Shown piece after piece: positions 55,781 through 64,000 of a stretch of DNA of 64,000 nt (position 1 is its first letter; the number at the start of each line of letters is the position of its first letter). The notes under the pieces were generated by a model. That model did not search any database. It saw only the letters and a program-made list of their open reading frames with translations, and had not been told where the DNA came from. The translations under genes were made by a program, and so were the position numbers. This DNA comes from a virus, in IMG/VR virus record IMGVR_UViG_3300029905_000002, positions 1-64,000 of that record, one strand, 5' to 3'.

Positions 55781-56427
55781 TAATGTAAATCTTCTTTAGC
55801 CCTTTCTTCCCAGAAATTTATTTCCTCTCTAAGTTCAGAAATGTATCTTAGAGAGGATTTTTTTTGTTCTAAACCAAAGAAATCTAAGAGTAGATGATTG
55901 GTAATCCTTCCATCGGATCTCATCCTTTCTTGTATATAAGGAGGAGGAGTAACTAATACCTCAAATACAATGTAAGCATCTCGAGAAATATGTTTTTTCA
56001 TATACTCATACATCATACTGAGCATAACGGATTTGGCAGTTTGTTCTTCTGTATCATCCTCTAATTCTTTTGAATCATCAAATAAATCCTCAAGTTTCTG
56101 TAAGTTCTGATTATATTCTGCCTGCTCAGTATAAGCTCCCCTAAGTATCTTGCATTTATAAGTTGATAAGGAAGCCAAGATCCTTGCTTTAAGATGTTCC
56201 TCAGAACAAGTACCCTGATATTTATTAAAAACATATAATACTTTGTCCCAGAATTGATCCCTGAGAATATCCGATGTAAGGTTATATCTCTTGGCATCAA
56301 TCTGCCTAACCAGGTTTTTAATTACTGGTTTACAAATCTTATACATCCGTTCGAAGAGTTGGTGATCATAGTCCTTCATCTCTTTTAGTCGATGTAACTC
56401 AGAGCCGCTGATGTTAACTGTGTCCAT
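55777..56427 (-). CDS. putative transcription regulator (sigma-factor-like), hypothetical
   Basis: Lone minus-strand gene between the structural and replication modules. Helical, 216 aa, with its own TAnnTTTG box. Similarity to sigma factors is only impressionistic. Confidence 0.3.
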   Translation of the reverse strand: MDTVNISGSELHRLKEMKDYDHQLFERMYKICKPVIKNLVRQIDAKRYNLTSDILRDQFWDKVLYVFNKYQGTCSEEHLKARILASLSTYKCKILRGAYTEQAEYNQNLQKLEDLFDDSKELEDDTEEQTAKSVMLSMMYEYMKKHISRDAYIVFEVLVTPPPYIQERMRSDGRITNHLLLDFFGLEQKKSSLRYISELREEINFWEERAKEDLHY

Positions 56428-56447
56428 ATTAAAATAATTAAGTTATG

Positions 56448-56455
56448 CAAATATA
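56448..56455 (-). promoter_or_regulatory. Bacteroidota-type -7 box for the minus-strand gene
   Basis: The reverse complement reads TATATTTG, about 20 nt upstream of the ATG (minus strand) at 56427. Confidence 0.5.
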
Positions 56456-56608
56456 TAAATTAAATACGATATATAAAAAGAATATATCAATAAATTTATA
56501 ATTTGGTGAAGTTAGGGTAGAGGATCATGGGGTTCTAGATATAGTTCTCAATAGTCATCCACATATCCGATACTATCAAAATCTATATGTTCTAAACATC
56601 TGTGCACA

Positions 56609-58033
56609 ATGAGAAAAGATAAAATCAAATTTCAATTCGACGTCTCTTTCCAATTAGAGATCCTAAGATTCCTAGTTCAAGATAAGGAGGGAGCATTAAT
56701 CCTCACACGTATAAAACCAAGTTATTTGGTTTTGATAGAACATTCTATCATCTGTGAGGGTATACTTAAGTTCTTTAAGAAGAGGAAGAAGATTCCTTCT
56801 GAGAATGTACTTAAGGAAGTAATCAAGGAGTTGCTAGAATCCAAGAATTATGTAGACCTTGTAACTAAGGATGACATCCCAAATATATACAAGATAATAC
56901 ATAATCTCTACACTCTACCTCTCAAGGATTCCGATTATATCAAGGAAAAGATCTATCAATTCTCTACCTATGTAGAAATGAAGAACTTAAATGATTCATT
57001 CGATTTAGAGAACTTCGAACAATACGAAGAATACTCTAGAAAGGTAGAAAGGATCCTTCAACATGCCAAACCTAAGCAAGAGGATGAACCCATCTTCATG
57101 ATTAGGGATGTAGTAGAAAGGCAATTCGAAAGACAGGCAGAACCTGCAGTAATTCCTTGTCCCTTTAGGCAACTTAATGCCTTGACTAATGCTGGTGGAT
57201 ACCCTGCTCATTCCATCAATGTAATCCTTGATAAACCTAAGGCAAAGAAAACTTTCTTCTTGGTAAACCTTGCAAGAGGATACCTTAGAATGAAGAAATC
57301 AGTTTTGTACATTGACCTTGAGAATGGTAAAGAACAAATCATGGACCGAATGATTCAATCTTCAATCAATAAATCTAAGAAGGAATTATACTCTGGAGAA
57401 TTCGATAAGGTAGAAGCAAAACACCTTAGAAAATTAGCCAGGTTTGGAGTTGAATTCGTAGTCCAAAGATTACCTGCAATGATTACAGATTGTAATACCA
57501 TCAGAGAACTTATAATTAAACTTAGGAACTCTGGGATTAATATCCAGGTATTATTTGTCGATTATGCAGGTAAGCTTGCATCTATTGCCAGAGATAAGGA
57601 AGATTTCGATAGGATTAGCAATGTATACATAGACCTACAGAACCTTGCGGAAGAGATGGATTTAGATGTAGTATGGACTGCTCATCATATCACCAGAGAT
57701 GGTAAAAAACATCGAAGGACTAGATATGATGAAAATGATATCTCTGGTTCTATTGCAATCGTTCGTAATGCTCAAACCATTATGGGATTAAATGCTACTC
57801 CTCAAGAAGAGACCGATGACATTCTCCGCTGTGAATTAATCACTCAACGGGACGGCTTACCGTCAGGAAGAGCATTATTTAAGATAGATGTAGAGAAACA
57901 AAGGCTCCGAGAATTTACCATAGATGAACGTAAGAAGTACGAAGAAATATATGGTAGCAAACTCGAACAAGAATTCAACAAACCAGATTCCAAAGATAAT
58001 GAAGAGAAACGTAAAAATGTTGCAGATATATGA
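56609..58033 (+). CDS. DnaB-like replicative helicase
   Basis: ILDKPKAKKTFFLVNLA (P-loop region), VLYIDLENGKEQIMDRM (H1a-like) and LFVDYAGKL (Walker B-like). 474 aa. Confidence 0.65.
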   Translation: MRKDKIKFQFDVSFQLEILRFLVQDKEGALILTRIKPSYLVLIEHSIICEGILKFFKKRKKIPSENVLKEVIKELLESKNYVDLVTKDDIPNIYKIIHNLYTLPLKDSDYIKEKIYQFSTYVEMKNLNDSFDLENFEQYEEYSRKVERILQHAKPKQEDEPIFMIRDVVERQFERQAEPAVIPCPFRQLNALTNAGGYPAHSINVILDKPKAKKTFFLVNLARGYLRMKKSVLYIDLENGKEQIMDRMIQSSINKSKKELYSGEFDKVEAKHLRKLARFGVEFVVQRLPAMITDCNTIRELIIKLRNSGINIQVLFVDYAGKLASIARDKEDFDRISNVYIDLQNLAEEMDLDVVWTAHHITRDGKKHRRTRYDENDISGSIAIVRNAQTIMGLNATPQEETDDILRCELITQRDGLPSGRALFKIDVEKQRLREFTIDERKKYEEIYGSKLEQEFNKPDSKDNEEKRKNVADI

Positions 58034-58239
58034 CAAAGGTAAGGATTAATCACAGCAGAGTTAAAGGTAAATGCGATCTAGGCATAAGTACTAATGGCTT
58101 TCAGTTTTATGTATGCCAGGCTTTATCTACTAAAGACCTACAGCTCATCATCAGAACCTGTAGGCAATGGTTAAATGATAAAGAGAAGGGTGAACATCCC
58201 AAATACACCATAGAAAATGAAATTAAATCCTACGTTTAA
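58030..58239 (+). CDS. hypothetical small protein
   Basis: ORF track; overlaps its neighbours. Confidence 0.4.
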   Translation: MTKVRINHSRVKGKCDLGISTNGFQFYVCQALSTKDLQLIIRTCRQWLNDKEKGEHPKYTIENEIKSYV

Positions 58240-59170
58240 GTCCAAGCTTTATACTTACTTTATTAAAAGGCTTCGGGCATTTCCATATCGCAACGGGTGG
58301 CTTAAAGTTCCAGTTTGCCCTTATTGCGGTAGGGAACTAAAAATGGGAATCAATCTTTCTACATTCAGAACCAATTGCTTTCGATGTAATGCACATCCTT
58401 CTCCAATTCAATTGGCAATGGATGTAGAAGGATTTACCGAGTACTCAGAACTTATTAAATTACTTGACAATGAAGACTTTACAGAACTTACCTTCAAAGA
58501 GGATAAAGTTGAACTCTCGGGGCGGAAAGAAGTATACCTTCCTGAAGGATTTAGAAACATTAGTGAAGGAAGATCCCAGCTTGCTAGATCGATGCGTAGT
58601 TATATCAAGAAGCGGGGCTTTTCCGTTGAGGGATTATCTAAGCAAGGAGTTGGGTACTGTAATACCGGAAAGTTCTTCGGATATTTAATAATACCCTATA
58701 CCTATCATGGAGTTCTTCGATATTACAACGCTCGTAATGTTATGGGTATTGGTCCTCGTTATAATAATCCTGACAAAGATACGACTGGATTAGGCAAGGA
58801 ATTTATAATCTTTAATCATGATGCTTTGGAGATGTATGAGTCAGTTTATATTTGTGAAGGAGCTCTTAATGCTTTAACCCTGGGAGAACGGGCAATAGCA
58901 ATGATGGGAAAAGCAGTAAGTTCTTACCAAATAAATGAACTATTGAAATCTCCAGTTAAAAGATTTACTATCCTTTTAGATTCGGATGCTAAACTTTATG
59001 CTATCAATCTTGCACTTAAGTTGGTCAACTTCAAAAGAGTTAAGGTAGTATTTCCACCCGATGGGAATGATGTAAATGATTTAGGAAAGAAGAACACAAT
59101 GAAACTTGTCTACAAAACGAGATACCAGGAATATAAAGATTTAATCAAACTTAAAAACTCAATGATATGA
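58217..59170 (+). CDS. DNA primase (zinc ribbon + TOPRIM)
   Basis: CPYCGRELKM...CFRCNAH zinc ribbon. YICEGALNALTL and LLDSDA...DVNDLG TOPRIM acidic motifs. Confidence 0.7.
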   Translation: MKLNPTFKSKLYTYFIKRLRAFPYRNGWLKVPVCPYCGRELKMGINLSTFRTNCFRCNAHPSPIQLAMDVEGFTEYSELIKLLDNEDFTELTFKEDKVELSGRKEVYLPEGFRNISEGRSQLARSMRSYIKKRGFSVEGLSKQGVGYCNTGKFFGYLIIPYTYHGVLRYYNARNVMGIGPRYNNPDKDTTGLGKEFIIFNHDALEMYESVYICEGALNALTLGERAIAMMGKAVSSYQINELLKSPVKRFTILLDSDAKLYAINLALKLVNFKRVKVVFPPDGNDVNDLGKKNTMKLVYKTRYQEYKDLIKLKNSMI

Positions 59171-59388
59171 ACTGGAGGAAATTTTTCAAAGACTGGGTAA
59201 GTTTCATTAAAATGGCTTGCTTAATGATTTTAGGGATTGGTATAATCTTAATCCCTCCTATATTAATGTGTATACATTTTGATAAGGATGGGAATGGGAT
59301 TGGTTTGATTATATTATTGGCTTGGCTTATAATAACTATTGGAGGTATAGTAGCTTTGATGAAAAATATAGAATACAAAAATAAATGA
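59167..59388 (+). CDS. small membrane protein
   Basis: Two hydrophobic spans; 73 aa. Confidence 0.45.
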   Translation: MNWRKFFKDWVSFIKMACLMILGIGIILIPPILMCIHFDKDGNGIGLIILLAWLIITIGGIVALMKNIEYKNK

Positions 59389-60203
59389 GGGACCCATCTA
59401 TTCACATTTCTTATACCGAGTTTCAGGCAATATGCAGGGAGCTCGGTATTTCGGTTAATACCGAAGAATTCTTTGCTTTGGCAAGAAGGAAAGCTCTAAA
59501 TTCTAGAGCAGTAGTAGTTACAAACAATAAGCAACAAAAGAAAGTAAATAACATCTTACTAGCAAATCATGGAGATGCTTCTTTAGTTGCCGATATTATT
59601 TATGCAACCCGTATAAAACTTAGGCATAGGGGAGTTAGGAAAATAAATGAAACCAACTCCAGGGAATGGGCAAATTGTAAAAAGCTTGCCGATGTATGTA
59701 ATACCTTCTGTGAGGATTTTAATTTAGAAACCAGGGAAGGTTTTATTAAGTATATAGAAATTGGGATCTCCAGGATGAAGGATGCAAGGAATCTAGTTCA
59801 GAGATTGATATCTATGCAAGAGAATATAACTGAAGATTATGAAGCTCAACTGGAACTATCCCAATTATCTAGATCCGAACTCGAGGAGGTATCTGCTATC
59901 AAGGATTACTTTTATAAATCCATTGCCGATGCTACGGGGATTTACGAACGGGATGAGAAAGCCGATAAATTAATTCACTTCTTAAAACTTAAACAACTTT
60001 GTGATGAGAATTCTTGGGACTATAGGATTTATATTGATGCTCAGTTTGAGTCTCTTGCTTGGTGTAATGGTATTCCTAATATCAGGGATCTTTGGGATGA
60101 TAGATCAATTGAGAGATTCAATAAGTACCTTTATAAGATTAATGGTAAACAAACTAAACCAGAGAAGAAAGGATCCCTCTGGGATAAAATAAAAGAGGAG
60201 TAG
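59385..60203 (+). CDS. hypothetical protein
   Basis: ORF track; lies within the replication module. Confidence 0.5.
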   Translation: MRDPSIHISYTEFQAICRELGISVNTEEFFALARRKALNSRAVVVTNNKQQKKVNNILLANHGDASLVADIIYATRIKLRHRGVRKINETNSREWANCKKLADVCNTFCEDFNLETREGFIKYIEIGISRMKDARNLVQRLISMQENITEDYEAQLELSQLSRSELEEVSAIKDYFYKSIADATGIYERDEKADKLIHFLKLKQLCDENSWDYRIYIDAQFESLAWCNGIPNIRDLWDDRSIERFNKYLYKINGKQTKPEKKGSLWDKIKEE

Positions 60204-60204
60204 T

Positions 60205-62901
60205 ATGAACAGAATCATTATCAAGAATGGGAATATCTGTGAATTGGATGTCCCATTAAAGTATGCGAACAAATTGTATAACCAATTTGCAATCCGACAT
60301 CCTAATGCCTTTTATTTAAGGACCCGAGTTAAGGGTATGGCAAACTGGGATGGTACAGTTAAATTCATTACCAAGTCTGGGCAATTCAAAATCGGATTAT
60401 TGCCAAGTGTATATGAAGCTTGTAAGAAACTTGGTTTACGTAAGATTGAGATTTTAGATATGCGTAAACCTGTACCCACTATTAAACATGTTCAGCATCA
60501 TGTAGGAAATTATAAACTTAGGCCTGAACAAATCAAGGCCGTAAAATCCGTTGTGTATAATAAGGTAGGTGATATACCTTTTCATATTGGTGTATTAAAT
60601 CTCACCGTTAACTTCGGTAAGTGCAATGGTAAGAATACTCTAGTATATACTGACAAAGGTCTAATCAAAATTAAAGACTTAGTAAACAAAGATGGTAGTT
60701 TCAAGTTACCATTTAAGTTACTTGGAATGGATGGGCAATATCATACTCCATCAGCTGGAATCTTTAATAGGATCAAAGCTATCAGAATTACTACAGAGAA
60801 TGGTTATTCTCAAATATGTGGATATGATAATCATAGGTTTTATACTGTTACTAAAGATGGTAAGTTAGATTGGGTATATGCTAAGAATCTGAAGAAAGGA
60901 GACAGTATACCTCTTTATAAAAGTACTCCCTCTGTATCACCCGATTCATGTAAGGATAAGAATTTAGCTTACCTACTAGGAGTTATTTGTGGGGATGGCC
61001 ACATCCATATTAAACCTCGTAATAATATACATGTATCCGTATCTGGTCAAAGTAAGGAGGTATTTGATTCTATAGTTCCAATTTGGAATAGGTATACTAA
61101 AACTCCCGTAGTAGTAAAACCACACAGAAGATTCAATGGTTACCATATATCAAAGTCCGACAAGTTATTTTCTAACTTGTTAAGTACTGAGTATCCCGAA
61201 TTACTCGGGCTTTCAGATGAGAAATATATCCCTAATAAGATTATGAATGCTTCTTCTGAAGTAAAATGTAATTTTATAGCTGGGTTATTTGATACTGATG
61301 GTCACAATGAATCTTCCAAAAGGAATTTCTCGTGGACTTCTGTATGTAAGAAGAATGTGAAACTAATTCAGTTAACTTTACTTACCCTTGGTATATCAAG
61401 TAAGATTAGTAAGAAGAAAACCCTATGTAATGGTAAAAGAAGTATAGCTTGGCGGTTACATATCTATTCCAGGGATTATGATCACTTATTATCTATTATT
61501 CCTCTTAAGGTACCTTATAAAAAGGTAAAGGATCGAGAATGTAGGAATAACTATGGTCATAGGTTACCTATAGAATTTGCTAAGAAAATTTATAAATACT
61601 ATCGGAGTTTAGGTTTAAGTACTCGAAAGAGTAAATTATCCTCAATAGATAGGAATCAAATAAGACACCCTAATAGGTTAAATATAGAAGCAGCTAAAAG
61701 GTTACTTGAATTATACCCAAATGAAGAACTTATTGAGTTCATGTCATTTAGTGAAACCGTTATATGGGATAAAGTTAAATCAATCGAAGTTATTCGGGAG
61801 TATGATTGTTATGATATTTCAGTACCAGATGTTAAGCATTACATAACTCAAGGTTTTATATCTCATAATACCCTGGTAATGGCAGCTCTTTATTTGTCGT
61901 TCAAGAGACAATTAAAGACTTTGCTTATAACTAATGACTCCGATTGGTTACAACAGTCTAAGTTGGAATTCAAATCCTATTTGCCTAATGAACCCATAAC
62001 TTTTATTCAAGGTAAGGTACCTGGCCATTGGAATCAATTTTCAATAGGTATGGTTCAATCCTTATCGAAGAATATAAAGTATTATCAGGGTGAGCTAAGT
62101 ACCATAGATATGGTATTAGTAGATGAGGCTGACCAGGCTTCTAGCAAAACCTATCAGACCGTTTTATCCAGGATGTTTAATGCCAGAGTTAGGATTGGGA
62201 TGTCTGGTACCATTTATATGAGTAAGCTTGCAAAAGATAAATTAAAGAACATGAACCTGGAAGCTTTCTTCGGAAGAGTGTTATCAGAATTTTCTCTTAA
62301 ACAATCTATCGATAAAGGATACTCTACCAAGACAATCGTAAAATCTATCGAACCTAAAAGGTATTATGGTAATTGGCAATCCATTTATATCGATTACGAA
62401 TCCATTTATAAGGATACCATTTTGGATCACCCAGCTGCAAAGGAAGCAGTATATGACCGATTAAAATTCAACCTTGCCTACGGCAGAATCCCAGCTCTCG
62501 TAGTATGCAAATTTATTAAACATGCTGAAGAACTTTATAAATACTTAAAAGATAAACTTCCGGATTATAAATTTGCCTGTGTACATGTGAATACTAAGGA
62601 TAAGCTCCGAAGGCAAATAATGCAGGATTTCCGAGAAGGGAAGATAGATATCCTAATCTCAACTACCATCATTGCCCGAGGTAAAAACTTCCCATTATTA
62701 AAATATATGCTTAATGCTGCCTCAATGGATGCAAGGGAAAAAACCATCCAATTTTTAGGTCGCTTGGTAAGAACTAATGAATCTAAAAGTAAAGCATACT
62801 TGGATGATCTGATCTATCCTGGAGATTATCTACGAAAACATGGATATCATCGTAGGAAATACTATAAAGATCAACATCTTAAGGTCCTAGTAATTAGGTA
62901 G
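60205..62901 (+). CDS. SF2 (DEAD-type) helicase precursor containing an intein
   Basis: The exteins give Walker A NFGK|T, then VLVDEADQ, MSGT and QFLGRLVRT. Spliced size would be about 482 aa. Confidence 0.8.
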   Translation: MNRIIIKNGNICELDVPLKYANKLYNQFAIRHPNAFYLRTRVKGMANWDGTVKFITKSGQFKIGLLPSVYEACKKLGLRKIEILDMRKPVPTIKHVQHHVGNYKLRPEQIKAVKSVVYNKVGDIPFHIGVLNLTVNFGKCNGKNTLVYTDKGLIKIKDLVNKDGSFKLPFKLLGMDGQYHTPSAGIFNRIKAIRITTENGYSQICGYDNHRFYTVTKDGKLDWVYAKNLKKGDSIPLYKSTPSVSPDSCKDKNLAYLLGVICGDGHIHIKPRNNIHVSVSGQSKEVFDSIVPIWNRYTKTPVVVKPHRRFNGYHISKSDKLFSNLLSTEYPELLGLSDEKYIPNKIMNASSEVKCNFIAGLFDTDGHNESSKRNFSWTSVCKKNVKLIQLTLLTLGISSKISKKKTLCNGKRSIAWRLHIYSRDYDHLLSIIPLKVPYKKVKDRECRNNYGHRLPIEFAKKIYKYYRSLGLSTRKSKLSSIDRNQIRHPNRLNIEAAKRLLELYPNEELIEFMSFSETVIWDKVKSIEVIREYDCYDISVPDVKHYITQGFISHNTLVMAALYLSFKRQLKTLLITNDSDWLQQSKLEFKSYLPNEPITFIQGKVPGHWNQFSIGMVQSLSKNIKYYQGELSTIDMVLVDEADQASSKTYQTVLSRMFNARVRIGMSGTIYMSKLAKDKLKNMNLEAFFGRVLSEFSLKQSIDKGYSTKTIVKSIEPKRYYGNWQSIYIDYESIYKDTILDHPAAKEAVYDRLKFNLAYGRIPALVVCKFIKHAEELYKYLKDKLPDYKFACVHVNTKDKLRRQIMQDFREGKIDILISTTIIARGKNFPLLKYMLNAASMDAREKTIQFLGRLVRTNESKSKAYLDDLIYPGDYLRKHGYHRRKYYKDQHLKVLVIR
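60622..61869 (+). mobile_element. Intein with a LAGLIDADG homing endonuclease domain
   Basis: Begins with Cys (CNGKNTLVYTD) and ends ...GFISHN followed by Thr+1. LAGLIDADG blocks LAYLLGVICGDGHI and NFIAGLFDTDGH. 416 aa. Confidence 0.8.
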
Positions 62902-62953
62902 TTATCACCTCCTTATTTTGGTACCTAGAAGACTAAAAGATAATATCTTTATA

Positions 62954-62985
62954 TTTCCGTCAGGGAATATAAAGATGGGATCAAG
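62954..62985 (+). terminator. Stem-loop after the helicase gene
   Basis: atctttatatttcc-gtca-gggaatataaagat, a near-perfect inverted repeat. Confidence 0.4.
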
Positions 62986-63042
62986 GAAATTTTACATTTG
63001 GAAATCTTAGGATCCAAGAAATCCTACAAACTTCTAAAAACA

Positions 63043-63354
63043 ATGAAACTTAAATCATTCTTTCATAAGGAATCCGAAAACAATGATCGGATCATTTATC
63101 TTAATCTTGCTAACCTTATTAGTATATTTCCCATTAATAGGAGTGATCAAAGCTTGAATGTATATTTATACGGTTTCAATTGTATATTTAATAATGGGTT
63201 AGTTCTCAGAGTTACTTTGGAATCGAATTCTGAATCAGTACCACCTCTTCTATCTGAACTCAGAGATCTATTTATACATAACTTCGGATTCTCTATCATA
63301 AAGATAGACCGATATTATTATAAGGATATTAATTTTAGATTTAACATGCTATGA
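63043..63354 (+). CDS. hypothetical protein
   Basis: Track ORF 62998..63354 (TTG start) trimmed to the first ATG at 63043. Confidence 0.4.
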   Translation: MKLKSFFHKESENNDRIIYLNLANLISIFPINRSDQSLNVYLYGFNCIFNNGLVLRVTLESNSESVPPLLSELRDLFIHNFGFSIIKIDRYYYKDINFRFNML

Positions 63355-63851
63355 GTAAGAAGAAGAATCAAAAAACACCTTACTTACGAAGAATACCAGG
63401 ATATTCTTCTAAGTATCTAGTATCAAGGGATGGTTATATTTATAAAGAAACTAAGTATGGGTTTTTTGAATTAAAACCATCACAGGTTCACAATGGGTAT
63501 CTAACTATAAGCATACCAAGAGAAGGTACTTGTGTTAAACATAGAACTAAGATACATAGATTAGTAGCTTTAGCTTTTATACCCAATCCTAATCAATGTG
63601 ATCTGGTAATACACTTAAACAATGATCCCACTGATAATAGAGTAGAGAATCTTAAATGGGGTACTCAAGGAGAGAACATGCAACAGATGGTTAAGGATGG
63701 TAGACAAAGAAAATCTAAATTCTTATTAAAGTACTTGGATAGGATATTAAAACTCAGGGATCAAGGGTTTTCTCCAAGTGAAATCTCTAGAATCTTAGAC
63801 ATAAGTAAAACTTCTACTTACAGAGCCATTAAAAAATCCTCAAATTTATGA
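63351..63851 (+). CDS. HNH homing endonuclease (HNH_3 type) with a C-terminal HTH
   Basis: GYLTISI...HRLVALAFIPNP...VIHLNNDPTDNRVENLKWGTQGENMQQ. C-terminal FSPSEISRILDISKTSTYRAIKK. Confidence 0.8.
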   Translation: MSKKKNQKTPYLRRIPGYSSKYLVSRDGYIYKETKYGFFELKPSQVHNGYLTISIPREGTCVKHRTKIHRLVALAFIPNPNQCDLVIHLNNDPTDNRVENLKWGTQGENMQQMVKDGRQRKSKFLLKYLDRILKLRDQGFSPSEISRILDISKTSTYRAIKKSSNL

Positions 63852-64000
63852 AAAAGAATAGAAAAATAGACAGTGTAGAACCTCTTACTGTAATTGACTT
63901 AAAGTCTCTTGGTACTCCAGAGGATGTTTGTTTCGGTAAAAGTTACAATCTATCAACTAAGGAATGCAAGCTATGCGGAGACTCTGAGCTCTGTGCATTT
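63848..64000 (+). CDS. 5' end of hypothetical protein (partial, runs off the window)
   Basis: ATG overlaps the HNH stop (ATGA). Hand translation gives MKKNRKIDSVEPLTVIDLKSLGTPEDVCFGKSYNLSTKECKLCGDSELCA... Confidence 0.4.
   Translation, partial: MKKNRKIDSVEPLTVIDLKSLGTPEDVCFGKSYNLSTKECKLCGDSELCAF

Overview
This window is a 64-kb, almost entirely plus-strand segment of a tailed dsDNA phage with a contractile-tail (myovirus-type) morphogenesis module. The host is probably a Bacteroidota member, based on several TAnnTTTG -7 promoter boxes and a FISUMP-domain gene. All motif calls and alignments were made by eye and hand counting; no database search was possible.

Layout:
- 1-8 kb and 9.1-9.9 kb: arrays of small, mostly acidic, unrecognisable early-type genes. 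They sit in cassettes led by a repeated promoter/leader and are separated by a family of stem-loops.
- 8.0-10.9 kb: two ORF-free, repeat-rich blocks with iteron-like motifs, G-free tracts and phased A/T tracts. These are a candidate origin or genome terminus.
- 10.7-11.5 kb: a moron-like lysine-rich gene with deviant codon usage, bracketed by identical CACGTG-centred palindromes.
- 11.7-13.6 kb: small reverse-strand genes.
- 13.7-15.8 kb: muramidase-type endolysin, an HExxH protein and a divergent C5 DNA methyltransferase.
- 16.9-55.8 kb: large terminase, portal, scaffold-like protein, major capsid, fibers, sheath, tube, frameshifted chaperone, tape measure, a P2/Mu-like baseplate, a holin-like protein and a collar-domain fiber.
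- 55.8-64 kb: a lone reverse-strand regulator, a DnaB-like helicase, a primase, an SF2 helicase split by a LAGLIDADG intein in its P-loop, and an HNH endonuclease.

The standout system is a diversity-generating retroelement (DGR) inserted in the tail-fiber region. The fiber gene 31222..33072 ends in a 95-nt variable repeat. Its template copy lies 253 nt downstream and differs at 5 positions, all of them adenines in the template. A YADD reverse transcriptase with a long C-terminal extension follows, and no Avd-like ORF is present.
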